This document shows, in pieces, positions 24,546 through 36,989 of a stretch of DNA of 64,000 bases (position 1 is the first letter of the stretch; each line of letters begins with the position of its first letter). The notes under the pieces were generated by a model. That model did no database searches, was not told the DNA's origin, and saw only the letters and a program-made list of their open reading frames with translations. A program made the position numbers and the translations under genes. The stretch covers positions 340,628,001 to 340,692,000 of the forward strand of contig OZ024742.1 in NCBI GenBank assembly GCA_964016885.1. The letters are read 5' to 3'. Origin of the DNA: Eledone cirrhosa (taxonomy: Eukaryota).

Positions 24546-24880
24546 TAAGGGCGGTGGATTGGCAGTATCGGTAGAGGGTCGGACGCCATGCTTTGCAGCA
24601 TAGAGTTACGGCTCTTTATGATTTGAGCTCAAATCCTGCCGAGGTTAACTTTGCCTTTCATCCTTATGGGGTCGATAAAATAAAGTACCAGTCACGCACT
24701 GGGGTCGATTTAATCGACTTTCTCCTCCCCCAAAAAATTACTGGCCTTGTGCCTATATAAGAAACCATTATTATTATTAAGGTTAACTTTGCCTTTCATC
24801 CTTACGGGGTCGATAAAATAAAGTACCAGTAATGCACTGGGTAATTGCTGGCCTTGTTCCAAAAGTAGAAACAATTATTA
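24546..24880 (+). mobile_element. Full SINE (24546-24778) followed by a 5'-truncated SINE (24779-24880)
   Basis: A and B boxes, core and (ATT)n tails. Confidence 0.88.
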
Positions 24881-24972
24881 ATGGTTCTAGTTAGCCTTTC
24901 TGTTAGCCTTATATATATATCACAAATAGCCGTCGAAACGGCTTGAGCTCTGCCGTCGGGGTCATACTTTTT

Positions 24973-25060
<88 letters not shown>

Positions 25061-25102
25061 GAAGCTATATTTAATTTGTTGGGATTCAACAAGCTTAAAA
25101 GT

Positions 25103-25582
25103 TTTATAACTGATATAAAGCACTCAACTGTTTACTGGAGTAAATATACAATATATTAAATAAATGGAAACTACATTTATAAAACCATAATTATTTTATT
25201 ATATATATTTCAAGGGCAACCAAGGCAGTTTTGGTGCGCTATCCATCCACCGAACCTTCAACCGTCAAGGTTGTTTTTCTACGGGTATGTCAACATTTAT
25301 AAAACAAATTTTGTATTTTATCTGATGAAAGCGCACCAAAACTGCCTTGGTTGCCCTTGAAATATATATAATAAAATAATTATGGTTTTATAAATATAGT
25401 TTCGATTTATTAATATATTGTATATATATATATATATATATAATGATATTAAATAAATGGAAACTATATTTATAAAACCATATTTATTCTATAATTATAA
25501 ATATAAATATAGTTTCCATTTATTTAATATCATTGTTTATTATACTCCAGAAAACTGTTGAGTGCTCTGAATCAGTTATAAA
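25103..25582. mobile_element. Nested palindromic PLE-type end between (TA)n tracts
   Basis: ~25146-25240 is inverted at ~25330-25423; ~25445-25474 is inverted at ~25502-25531; ~25105-25142 is inverted at ~25543-25580. Confidence 0.75.
25315..25377 (+). ncRNA. Type I hammerhead ribozyme
   Basis: ATTTTAT-CTGATGA-AAGCGCA.CCAA[aactgcc]TTGG.T.TGCCCTT-GAAA-TATATA-TA-ATAAAAT: perfect 7-bp stem I, extended stem II with one mismatch, palindromic stem III. Confidence 0.75.
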
Positions 25583-25626
25583 CATTTATATTTGTTGAAT
25601 TACCAACAAATTGAATATCCCTTCTG

Positions 25627-25677
<51 letters not shown>

Positions 25678-25967
25678 CGTTTCTGATATATATAGTTTTG
25701 AAACCGATTAAATTTATTATATATTTTGGCCATCGACACTGTATTACCGAGCACAGCTCTGTGCACCTTGTTCACGTGCAGTGTGGTTTTTGGTGGTTGC
25801 TTTTCTATTGTATTGAAAGTACTCTTCGTAATATGTGTGTGGTAGCCAGTAGTGTTATTGTTTGTATGATGTGTTTGTAAGTCCTGAGGTTATGTATGTC
25901 TCGTTGTTATTGTCGTTACTTTCGTTGTTCATATTGATCCGAACACGCTTGATTAGAAGCAACATTG

Positions 25968-25990
25968 TTATCAATGTCACCATCATAGTT

Positions 25991-26025
<35 letters not shown>

Positions 26026-26037
26026 TATCATCATCAC

Positions 26038-26078
<41 letters not shown>

Positions 26079-26260
26079 CCATTGTCATCATCATCACCAT
26101 CGTCGACGTCGCCGTCCTCATTAGGATCATCAAAGCGATGGCAATCATCATCATCATCATCATCATCATTATCATCATTACCTTCATCATCTTTTCTTTG
26201 TCTTCTTCGATTCGGATTTGCTTTTTATTCCCTCTCATCATCATCATCATCAACATCACC
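25968..26260. repeat. (ATC)n microsatellite
   Basis: Directly visible. Confidence 0.9.
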
Positions 26261-26609
26261 ATTATTTCTTCGTTTTCTTTCTTTCCGATTTGCTTTTTAT
26301 CCCCCTCCCTCTCTTACCCTCCCCCTCTCTCTCTCTCCTTCTCTCTCTCTCTCTCATCATCATCATCTTCACCATTAACACTATTGATTTAAATATATAT
26401 TTCTATTTATCCGTCTCTAAACCCATATATATAACATTGTCCTTGCTTTTCTTTTGTACTTGTAAATGTTTTGACTTCTTCTTTGTTTCGTTTCGTCTCC
26501 TTTGTTGTCCTCAACACATCTACATGTTTTGTATTCTCTTGACGTTTTCTATTGTTTTCTAGTCTTGTTATGATTATTTATATGTTTTGTTGGTTGTGTG
26601 AAGTTGGCG

Positions 26610-27040
26610 GTTGGTGTACTGTGGTGTGGTGTGGTGTGGTGTGGTGTGGTGTGGTGTGGTGTGGTTGGTGTGGTGTGGTGTGGTGTGGTTGGTGTACTGT
26701 GGTGTGGTGTGGTGTGGTGTGGTTGGTGTACTGTGGTATGGTGTGGTGTGGTGTGGTGTGGTTGGTGTGGTGTGGTGTTGTGTGGTGTGGTGTGGTGTGG
26801 TGTGGTGTGGTGTGGTGTGGTGTGGTGTGGTGTGGTGTGGTGTGGTGTGGTGTGGTGTGGTTGGTGTGGTGTGGTGTTGTGTGGTGTGGTGTGGTGTGGT
26901 GTGGTGTGGTGTGGTGTGGTGTGGTTGGTGTACTGTGGTGTGGTGTGGTGTGGTGTGGTGTGGTTGGTGTGGTGTGGTGTGGTGTGGTGTGGTGTGGTGT
27001 GGTTGGTGTACTGTGGTGTGGTGTGGTGTGGTGTGGTGTA
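26610..27040. repeat. (GGTGT)n pentanucleotide repeat with recurrent GGTTGGTGTACT variants
   Basis: Directly visible. Confidence 0.95.
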
Positions 27041-27166
27041 GTGCGGGGTTTTTTTCTCATTCTAATTATAAAAGAATTATTAAGTCATTTATATATTTGC
27101 ATGCATGCATGCTTGCTTGAGAGGCGTGTATATATATATATATATATATACACGCCTCTCAAGCAA

Positions 27167-27243
<77 letters not shown>

Positions 27244-27309
27244 CATACTTACATTTAAGTAGGTGCCGTATTAAGAGTGAGAAATGAAATTTCGTTTCAT
27301 TCTATTCCA

Positions 27310-27480
27310 TATATATATATATACATTTAACATGTACATATATACGTATGTTAAATGTATATATATGTATATATATATATATATATATATTTGTGTGTGT
27401 GTATGTGTATGTTATATGCATATATATATATTTATATGCATATATATATATATATATGCATATTTATATATATATGTATA

Positions 27481-27570
<90 letters not shown>

Positions 27571-27631
27571 TATATATATATATAAATATATATGCATATA
27601 TATATGCATATATATATATATGTATATATGC

Positions 27632-27684
<53 letters not shown>

Positions 27685-27760
27685 CATATATATATATGCA
27701 TATATATATATATATATATATATATGCATATATATATATGCATATATATATATATATATA

Positions 27761-27810
<50 letters not shown>

Positions 27811-27930
27811 TAATTATATATGCATATATATATATACATATATATATATATGCATATATATATATATATATATATGCATATATATATATGCATATATATA
27901 TATATATATATATATGCATATATATATATG

Positions 27931-27961
<31 letters not shown>

Positions 27962-28080
27962 GCATATATATATATATGCATATATATATATATATATATA
28001 TGCATATATATATATATATATATGCATATATATATAATATATATATATATATGCATATATATATATGTATATATATATGC

Positions 28081-28131
<51 letters not shown>

Positions 28132-28237
28132 CAAATATATATATATATATATGCATATTTATATATGCATATATATATATATATGTATATATATATATGC
28201 ATATATAAATATGCATATATATATATATATATATTTG

Positions 28238-28270
<33 letters not shown>
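27310..28270. repeat. (TA)n tract periodically interrupted by TGCA
   Basis: Directly visible. Confidence 0.95.
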
Positions 28271-28272
<2 letters not shown>

Positions 28273-28425
28273 TGTTATACTTTGGGAGAGTCATGTTGCC
28301 AATAAGAAACACACGCACCAGTCGCTTTCACTTCAATTCATTATAATAAATTTATAATAAATTTATAAATTTATAAATTTCTAGTTGGTTGGTTGGTTCC
28401 ACAACCAGATAGTTGTTTATATATT

Positions 28426-28468
28426 GTCATAGTTCTTTCGTCACACACTCTGTGACCTCTTCGGTGAC
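28426..28468 (-). ncRNA. Minimal hammerhead motif in the left PLE arm (core reads CCGAAGA)
   Basis: GTCA-CCGAAGA-G-GTCACA[gagtg]TGTGAC-GAAA-GAAC-TA-TGAC. Confidence 0.6.
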
Positions 28469-28669
28469 TGGGGATTCCTTTCTTTGTTTCTGTGCCTCTC
28501 CTTTGTACTGTCCTACGCCATTTTGTTTCTGTGTGTGTGTTGTGTGCTCAGTCTGCGCATGCGCCACATCCGGGTGTCTGTGTGTGTTTATGTTCATTTA
28601 TTTATTTGTTTATTTACATGTTACTGGTTGGTTGTTTGTTCTATGTGTGTGTGTGTTTTCGTTTTGTCC

Positions 28670-30964
28670 TTAATTGTAAGTTGTGATGTTGCTGTTCCAC
28701 TCATATTTTCTATTTAATTTTGGTTGTAATTCTTTTATGTTTATTGCCTCTGTAATTTGTCTAAATATTGCGTCTTTTCTGTGTGTAGATTCTATTTTTA
28801 TTTCTATGTTCTCTAATTTACCCTTGTATTCTATTTTAGCATGTTGGTAGAGTACAGATGATTCTTTACTATCTTGAAGGTCTCGCCAGTGTTCATTTAT
28901 CCGTTCCCCTATACTACGAGCTGTCTCACCTATGTACACTATATTTTTGTCTCTACATTGTCCTTCAGTACATCTTATGCTATACACTACATTTCTAGTT
29001 TTACAGTTAATATGGGGGCTTATTTTACAGGTTATACATTTTTTATCTATACATGAGGGTCTTTGAAAAGGGTATGTCTTGCTAATAAGTGTTTTTACGG
29101 AGGTACCTGGTCTTTCTACTATCTTAATATTGAGTTTATGTTTATATAGGGCCCTTCTAAATTTGTAAGCTAGTTCACCTCTAGCGGTTGTATCGATGAA
29201 CATTACACTCTGGTATTTATTGCTATCATACCATGAGTTTATTCTATTAGCCTTGTTCCTAGTTCTTTCTATTCTATTCCAAAATTTGCTCCTATACAAG
29301 GGGCAGGTCCCATTTATTTCATTATTTACCATTTTTTCCCATTTGGTTCTGGCTCCTCTATACACTCTGATTTTATCTCTCTGATTGTAGCCAGAGAACT
29401 GCATACGGTGGATGAAGTATTGTATGTCTCTCTCTAGTTCTTCGGGGTTGCACATGCGGGACACGTTTCTCATCACCCGTACCAAATCCGCAATCAGTAT
29501 GTTGATTTTGGTATGGTCCGAAACGGCCGAGTTTCGGTGGATCAGGTGTTTGGAAGTCATGGGTTTGGCATAATGGGAATGGAGGATTTGTTTTTTGTTA
29601 TTAATGGTATCTAACCAGAGCTCTGTGTCTAGTACAGGTAATCGATGGTTGGGGTGTTTACTAGGGTAGTCTATAGTAACTCTAATGCTCTGGTGGATGG
29701 AGTTAGCTATTTGCTGGATGCTTTCCATTGTGTTTTTCTCTAGTTCCTGACTGTTCTCTAGTGGGGGTGTCTTAACTACGATGTTTATATCATCAACGTA
29801 GCGGGAGTACATTATCAGGGTTAAGGGGTCTTCTAATTGTTCTTTAAGCTTAAGTTTATGTCTACCGTCCCACCATACCATGAATAAGTTAGCTATGTCG
29901 CCTGCAATGCTAACACCAATGGCTGCTCCTTCCTCTTGGGCATATGTTTTTCCATTAAATTTGAACATATGTTCCTTAAGGGTTAGTTTTATGCTGGCCC
30001 CTACCGCATGTGCAATGATTTTCTTCAGTTCATCGTGGTTTTCGGGTGTCCGTATGGCTCTGGTCCACCCGTTCCATCTATCTGTGTGGGTTTTCTTGGC
30101 CATTGAGGTAATGGTAGGTGGTCTGCCTCTTGCTGGTCTTGTAGGGCACAAGTTGCAAAGGTCATATGTGTCTAGGTAATTATTACTATAGGTAAGTTTA
30201 AGTAGGAGTCCGAGCTCACTGGTATCAATCCCACGGAACTCAACATTGCTCTCACTGATCATTTCTACGCATTTCTCAACAGCAAAACCCACGTCAATAG
30301 ATGGATACAGGGACACAACATCCATACTACCTATTATGCAGTTTGTTAGGTCCCTAGATCGGTTACTCACGCCGATTCTGCTGAGGAGGTCCTCCGTGCT
30401 GTCACATACATCTGGGGACATTTCGATGATGGGGCATATGATCAGGGAGAGGAAGTAGGACAGTCTGTAGTTACTAGCAATGTTAGCTCCACAGACTGGC
30501 CGTGTTGGTGGTCCCGCGACAGGGTCACTGCCCGTTTTATGGTCTTTTCGAAGCCCATACAACGCCGGCACGTCATTGTTCCAGGCCTGGAAGTTGTTGG
30601 CAGTCCTTTTGTTGGGCTGCATTATATTCGTCCACATCACCATATGGGCATTGAGGGCTTTTTCTCTATCCTCATGCTCCTGTGGTGTTACCTCTCTTGT
30701 GTTAGTGATGTGGGGTTGCATTGCCTGGATGTAGTTTGGCAGGCTGTCAACCGACATTCTGCCAGACTTGTCTGTTGGAAAACATGCTATCTCTCCATTA
30801 CGCGAGCGCTGCATGAGCTTACGCAAGCCATTTGCAGATTTTTCTCCCAGTTGCTGGGCCTCCATTCTATTATGCTTCTTGCTATACTGTTCTACAATAT
30901 TTCTAAGTTCGGATCTAGCTATACTAAATTGTGCTTCTGTTTGTTCATCGACCTGCGACGGCAA
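28670..30964 (-). CDS. PLE reverse transcriptase + GIY-YIG endonuclease (probably 5'-truncated)
   Basis: PTDKSG, LYGLRKDHK, PTRPV, SMDVVSLYPSI, QEEGAAIG..IANLFM, RYVDD, LPVLD, Cys-rich linker, NVVYSIRC..YIGETARSIGERINEH. The start is non-ATG and abuts the inversion junction. Confidence 0.92.
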   Translation of the reverse strand: MPSQVDEQTEAQFSIARSELRNIVEQYSKKHNRMEAQQLGEKSANGLRKLMQRSRNGEIACFPTDKSGRMSVDSLPNYIQAMQPHITNTREVTPQEHEDREKALNAHMVMWTNIMQPNKRTANNFQAWNNDVPALYGLRKDHKTGSDPVAGPPTRPVCGANIASNYRLSYFLSLIICPIIEMSPDVCDSTEDLLSRIGVSNRSRDLTNCIIGSMDVVSLYPSIDVGFAVEKCVEMISESNVEFRGIDTSELGLLLKLTYSNNYLDTYDLCNLCPTRPARGRPPTITSMAKKTHTDRWNGWTRAIRTPENHDELKKIIAHAVGASIKLTLKEHMFKFNGKTYAQEEGAAIGVSIAGDIANLFMVWWDGRHKLKLKEQLEDPLTLIMYSRYVDDINIVVKTPPLENSQELEKNTMESIQQIANSIHQSIRVTIDYPSKHPNHRLPVLDTELWLDTINNKKQILHSHYAKPMTSKHLIHRNSAVSDHTKINILIADLVRVMRNVSRMCNPEELERDIQYFIHRMQFSGYNQRDKIRVYRGARTKWEKMVNNEINGTCPLYRSKFWNRIERTRNKANRINSWYDSNKYQSVMFIDTTARGELAYKFRRALYKHKLNIKIVERPGTSVKTLISKTYPFQRPSCIDKKCITCKISPHINCKTRNVVYSIRCTEGQCRDKNIVYIGETARSIGERINEHWRDLQDSKESSVLYQHAKIEYKGKLENIEIKIESTHRKDAIFRQITEAINIKELQPKLNRKYEWNSNITTYN

Positions 30965-31059
30965 TTGCGTGCGTTTGTTAAATGGTAAAGTCGTGGCGTG
31001 GACTTTTTACGGAGGTACCTGGTCTTTCTACTATCTTAATATTGAGTTTATGTTTAGCA

Positions 31060-31505
31060 AAAGACCAGGTACCTCCGTAAAAACACTTATTAGCAAGACA
31101 TACCCTTTTCAAAGACACTCATGTATAGATAAAAAATGTATAACCTGTAAAATAAGCCCCCATATTAACTGTAAAACTAGAAATGTAGTGTATAGCATAA
31201 GATGTACTGAAGGACAATGTAGAGACAAAAATATAGTGTACATAAGTGAGACAGCTCGTAGTGTAGGGGAACGGATAAATGAACACTGGCGAGACCTTCA
31301 AGATAGTAAAGAATCATCTGTACTCTACCAACATGCTAAAATAGAACACAAGGGTAAATTAGAGAACATAGAAATAAAAATAGAATCTACACACAGAAAA
31401 GACGCAATGTTTAGACAAATTACAGAGGCAATAAACATAAAAGAATTACAACCAAAATTAAATAGAAAATATGAGTGGAACAGCAACACCACAACTTACA
31501 ATTAA
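31060..31505 (+). pseudogene. Inverted duplicate of the PLE GIY-YIG coding end
   Basis: RPGTSVKTLISKTYPFQR...EWNSNTTTYN is almost identical to the C-terminus of 28670-30964; YIG has become YIS. Confidence 0.9.
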
Positions 31506-31706
31506 GGACAAAATGAAAACACACACACACATAGAACAAACAACCAACCAGTAACATGTAAATAAACAAATAAATAAATGAACATAAACACACACAGACA
31601 CCCGGATGTGGCGCATGCGCAGACTGAGCACACAACACACACACAGAAACAAAATGGCGTAGGACAGAACAAAGGAGAGGCACAGAAACAAAGAAAGGAA
31701 TCCCCA

Positions 31707-31749
31707 GTTACTGAAGAGGTCACAGAGTGTGTGACGAAAGAACTATGAC
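31707..31749 (+). ncRNA. Minimal hammerhead ribozyme in the right PLE arm
   Basis: GTTA-CTGAAGA-G-GTCACA[gagtg]TGTGAC-GAAA-GAAC-TA-TGAC. Confidence 0.7.
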
Positions 31750-31966
31750 AATATATAAACAACTATCTGGTTGTGGAACCAACCAACCAGAAATTTATAA
31801 ATTTATAAATTTATTATAAATTTATTATAATGAATTGAAGTGAAAGCGACTGGTGCGTGTGTTTCTTATTGGCAACATGACCCTCCCAAAGTATAACAAT
31901 ATCGGTTTCAACACAAGATTTCAGATAAAGAATCTTGCTAAACAAATTCAGAAACGAAATATATGT

Positions 31967-32015
<49 letters not shown>

Positions 32016-32219
32016 TATATATATACATATATATATATATTATATATATATGCATATATAAATATGCATATATATATATGTACATATATATATATATATA
32101 TATGCGATGTTGATTAGGGTGTTGTTGCTCGCGAATAAGTTGTCTGGGTTAATGTTTCAATTATAGAATGAACAGCGGGGAGGCGGTGTAGTGTGGTTGG
32201 ATGTGGTCATCGGTCACAC

Positions 32220-32256
32220 TAGTAGTAGTATTAATAGTGCTAGTGGTAGTAGTAAT

Positions 32257-32329
<73 letters not shown>

Positions 32330-32358
32330 AGAGCAGCAGCAGTAGTAGTAGTAGTAGC

Positions 32359-32401
<43 letters not shown>

Positions 32402-32437
32402 AGAGCAGCAGCAGTAGTAGTAGTAGTAGCAGTAGTC

Positions 32438-32498
<61 letters not shown>

Positions 32499-32505
32499 CA
32501 GGAGC

Positions 32506-32549
<44 letters not shown>

Positions 32550-32574
32550 CAGTAGTAGTAGTTGTAGTTGTAGT

Positions 32575-32612
<38 letters not shown>

Positions 32613-32635
32613 TAGCAGTAGTAGTAGTAGTAGCT
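32220..32635. repeat. (AGT)n/(AGC)n microsatellite
   Basis: Directly visible. Confidence 0.95.
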
Positions 32636-32807
32636 AGGTGGTGGTAGTAAGGAAGTAATGGTGTATATCTTCTATGATGTATACTTTTTATGAACAAAGA
32701 TTCGACTGAAGCCTTCTTAGAGAAAATTGGTAGACAGAGACTAAGCTGAAGCCAGTTTAAATATTGTCACACGCCGTGTCATATTCATTGTGCTGGAAGT
32801 TTACATT

Positions 32808-32998
32808 TAATAATTGTTTCTACTTTTGGCACAAGGCCAACAATTATTCCAGTGTATTACTAGTACTTTATTTTATCGACCTCTTAAGGATGAAAGACAA
32901 AGTTAACCTCACCGGGATTTGAAGTCAGACCATAAAGGGCCGTAACTCTTTGCTGCAAAGCATGGCGTCCGACCCTCTACCGGTACTGCCAATCCACC
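32808..32998 (-). mobile_element. SINE, full-length
   Basis: Reverse complement of the SINE consensus. Confidence 0.85.
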
Positions 32999-33129
32999 AG
33001 GTGTCTGTGGAATACTCAGCCACTTTGCTCCCTAATTCAACAGGTAAGTATTTCAGTTGATCAACTGGAATATAGATCTTCGAAACCGACGGATATCCAT
33101 TTACATTATACATATGTACTAAATATACA

Positions 33130-34085
33130 TGTGTGTATGTGGTGTGTGTAGTGGTGGATGTGGTAGTGTGTGTAGTGGTGGGTATAGTGGTGGGTGTGGT
33201 AGTGTGTATATGTGATGTGTGTAGTGGTGGGTGTGGTAGTGTGTGTAGTGGTGGGTGTGGTAGTGTGTGTATGTAGTGTGTGTAGTGGTGGGTGTGGTAG
33301 TGTGTGTAGCGGTGGGTGTAGTGGTGGGTGTGGTAGTGTGTGTATGTGGTGTGGTGGGTAGTGTGTGTATGTGGTGTGGTGGGTAGTGTGTGTATGTGGT
33401 GTGGTGGGTAGAGTGTGTAAGTGGTGTGGTGGGTAGAGTGTGTAAGTGGTGTGGTGGGTAGAGTGTGTATGTGGTGGGTAGAGTGTGTATGTGGTGTGGT
33501 GGGTAGTGTGTGTATGTGGTGTGCTGGGTAGAGTGTGTGGGTAGAGTGTGTGTGTGGTGTGGTGGGTAGCGTGTGTATGTGGTGTTATGGGTAGAGTGTG
33601 TATGAGGTGTGGTGGGTAGAGTGTGTATGTGGTGTGGTGGGTAGAGTGTGTATGTGGTGTGTGTAGTGGTGGGTGTGGTAGTGTGTGTATGTGGTGTGTG
33701 TAGTGGTGGGTGTGGTAGTGTGTGTATGTGGTGTGTGTATGTGGTGGGTGTGGTAGTGTAAGTGTGTGGTGGGTAGAGTGTGTATGTGGTGTGGTGGGTG
33801 GAGTGTGTATGTGGTACGTTGGGTAGAGTGTGTGTGTGGTGTGGTGGGTAGAGTGTGTATGTGGTGTGGTGGGTAGAGTGTGTATGTGGTGTGGTGGGTA
33901 GAGTGTGTATGTGGTGTGGTGGGTAGAGTGTGTATGTGGTGCGGTGGGTAGAGTGTGTATGTGGTGTGTGTAGTGGTGTGGTGTGTGTGTGTGTGTAGTG
34001 TGTGGTGTGTGTGGGTGTGTGTGTAGTATGTGTGTGTGTAGTGTGTGGTGTGTATGTGTGTAGTGTGTGTGGTGGGTGTGGTGTC
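33130..34085. repeat. G/T-rich minisatellite, unit ~GTGTATGTGGTGTGGTGGGTAGA
   Basis: Tandem imperfect units are visible. Confidence 0.9.
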
Positions 34086-34087
34086 TG

Positions 34088-34545
34088 TGTAGTAGTAGTA
34101 ATAGTAGTAGTAGTAGTAGTAGTGGTAGTAGTAGTAATAGTAGTAGTAGTAGTAGTAGTAGTAGTAAGTAGTGGTAGTAGTGTAGTAGTAGTGGTGGTGG
34201 TGGTAGTGGCAGTAGTAGTAGTGGTAGTGTTAGTAGTAGTATTAGTAGTGTAGTGTAGTAGTAGTAGTAGTAGTGTAGTAGTAGTGGTAGTAGTAGTGTA
34301 GTGTAGTATTAGTAGTAGTGTAGTAGTGGCAGTTGTAGTAGTAGTGGTGGTAGTAGTAGTGGTGGTAGTAGTGGTAGTGGTAGTAGTAGTAGTGGCATTA
34401 GTGGTAATGGTAGTAGTAGTAGTAGTAGCAGTAGTGGCATTAGTAGTAGTATTGGTAGTAGTGGTAGTAAAAGTAGCAGTCGTAGTGGTAGTGGTAGTTG
34501 TAGTAGTAGTGGTGGTAGTCATAGTCGTGGTGGTGGTAGTAGTAT

Positions 34546-34595
<50 letters not shown>

Positions 34596-34802
34596 CTGGT
34601 AGTAGTAGTAGTAGCAGCAGCAGTAGTGGTAGTGGCAGTAGTAGTGGTGGTTGTGATAGTAGTAGTAGTAGTAGTAGTTGTGGTAGTAGTAGTAGTGGTG
34701 GTGCTGGTGGTAGTAGTAGTGGTGGTAGTGGCAGTAGTAGTAAGAGTGGTGGTTGTAGTAGTAGTAGTAGAGGTAGTGGTGGTGGTAGTAGTAGTAGTAG
34801 CT

Positions 34803-34834
<32 letters not shown>

Positions 34835-34841
34835 GGTAGTG

Positions 34842-34886
<45 letters not shown>

Positions 34887-35417
34887 CTAGTGGTGGTGTA
34901 GTAGTAGTAGTGTAGCAATAGTAGTCATCATCATCATCATTCTTCGACTACTGTCGAGATGATGGATCTCACTCTCATGCCCCAGAACTCCCTGTCCCCC
35001 ATATAGTGCGGTTCCCTGAGGAACAGGAACCCTGGTGCAGTCAGTTGCGAAATCCATCATCTTTTCAAATAGCAAATAATGTGTGTGGGCGCCACTACTA
35101 CACATGTGAAAGAATTTGACAGCCAAGTGTTGAAGAAGGTGCTTTCTCCTCCGTGTGGTGGGTTACCCGGCGCCAGATACCAACCTGTCTACTAGTATGC
35201 TGGTAAGCTAGTACAACGTATCTCCAGACGGATAGAGTGGGTCCGTAGCTTTGGTTAGCGACTACTCTAGTGCTTGCAACACGAACAATTAGGGCGAGGG
35301 CAATAGTAGTAGTTGTAGCAATAGTGGTAGCAGCAGTAATAGTAGTTGCAGTAGTAGTAGTAGTACTAGTAGTGGTGGTGGTATGTAGTGGTAGTATTAG
35401 TAGTGGTGGTATTAGTG

Positions 35418-35448
<31 letters not shown>

Positions 35449-35702
35449 CGGTGGTGGACGTAGTGGTAGTAGTGGTAGTAGTAGTAGTAGCGGTGGTGGA
35501 GGTGGTAGTAGTAGTAGAGGTGGTGGTAGTGGTGGTGGGGATGGTAGTAGTAGTAGTAGTAGTAGTAGTCGTAGTAGTAGTAGTACTGGTAGTAGTAGTA
35601 GTAGCAGCAGCAGTAGTGGTAGTGGCAGTAGTAGTAGTGGTGGTAGTGATAGTAGTAGTAGTAGTAGTTGTGGTAGTAGTGGTGGTGCTGGTGGTAGTAG
35701 TG

Positions 35703-35743
<41 letters not shown>

Positions 35744-35810
35744 AGTAGTAGTGGTAGTAGTGGTGGTAGTAGTAGTGGTAGTAGTGGTAGTGGTGGTGTA
35801 GTAGTAATAG
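34088..35810. repeat. Degenerate (AGT/GGT)n tracts, interrupted by a non-repetitive insert at 34930-35300
   Basis: Directly visible. Confidence 0.9.
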
Positions 35811-36029
35811 TTAATTGTTGTGGTGACAAAAATATAACAAAGTGTATATCATACACAAACTTCCAACATTGATCCTATATGTATATATATATACATATAT
35901 ATATATGTATATATGTATATATATATATATATGTGTGTGTGTATACATATTTATATATATGTATATGTGTGTGTGACAGTATGTGTGTGTACATTTATAC
36001 ACACATATATATATAAGAGGGGGGGGGGC

Positions 36030-36680
36030 TATGCGTGTTTGTGTGTTTGTATATGTGGTTGTGCATGTTAGTGTGTATTTGTTTCTGTGTACGTATATGT
36101 TTGGGTGTGTATGTGTTACTGTGTTTTTCTATATATGATTGTGCGTGTTAGTGTGTCTGTATGTGCGTGTTAGTGTGTGTGTTTGTGTGTGTTAGTGTGT
36201 CTGTATGTGCGTGTTAGTGTGTATTTGTATGCGTGTGTCTTCTGTGTTTGTGTATATATGATTGTGCGTGTTAGTGTGTGTGTATGTGTGTGTTAGTGTG
36301 TCTGTATGTGCGTGTTAGTGTGTATTTGTATGCGTGTGTCTTCTATGTTTGTGTATATATGATTGTGCGTATTAGTGTGTGTTAGTGTGTGTTAGTGTGT
36401 CTGTATGTGCGTGTTAGTGTGTATTTGTATGCGTGTCTTCTGTGTTTGTCTATATATGATTGTGCGTGTTAGTGTGTGTTAGTGTGTGTGTATGTGTGTG
36501 TTAGTGTGTCTGTGTGTGCGGGTTAGTATGTATTTGTATGTGTGTATGTGTGTGTGTTTTCTGTGTTTGTGTATATATTATTGTGCTTGTTACAGTGTCT
36601 GTATGTACGTTTTAGTGTGTCTGTATGTGATTGTTAGTATGTATATGTGTGTTTCTATATGTGTGTATATGTGATTGTAC
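36030..36680. repeat. TG-rich minisatellite with recurring GTGTTAGTGTGT and ATATATGATTGTGCGT units
   Basis: Higher-order units recur at about 36130, 36255, 36355 and 36450. Confidence 0.8.
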
Positions 36681-36957
36681 GTGTTATTGTTTCCTGTTCG
36701 ATAATTGACTTATGTTATCGATCTCGACCAGGTTACTTGCAGGAGCTACTTTGTTGTAACAATCTTTTGTTTACTTCCCTTTTATGGCCGTTTTTCATTC
36801 CTTTATTATTACCGCCATTACTATTATTATTGTTGTTGGTGTTGGTGGTGGTGGTGGTGGTGTTGTTGTTGGTGGTGTTGGTGGTGTTGGTGGTGTTGGT
36901 GTTGATGGTGGTGGTGGTGGTGGTGGTGGTGGTGTTGTTGTTGGTGGTGGTGGTTAG

Positions 36958-36989
<32 letters not shown>

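Larger units (their letters stand above)
28271..31960 (-). mobile_element. Penelope-like element with an inverted 3'-end duplication, inserted in (TA)n
   Basis: RT-GIY-YIG ORF on the minus strand; 28271-29117 is the near-identical reverse complement of 31060-31900; (TA)n on both sides. Confidence 0.93.

Noticed and set aside
33130-34085. Regularly spaced ~22-25 bp repeats (CRISPR-like spacing)
   Set aside because: No unique spacers, no cas genes and a eukaryotic context; this is a minisatellite.
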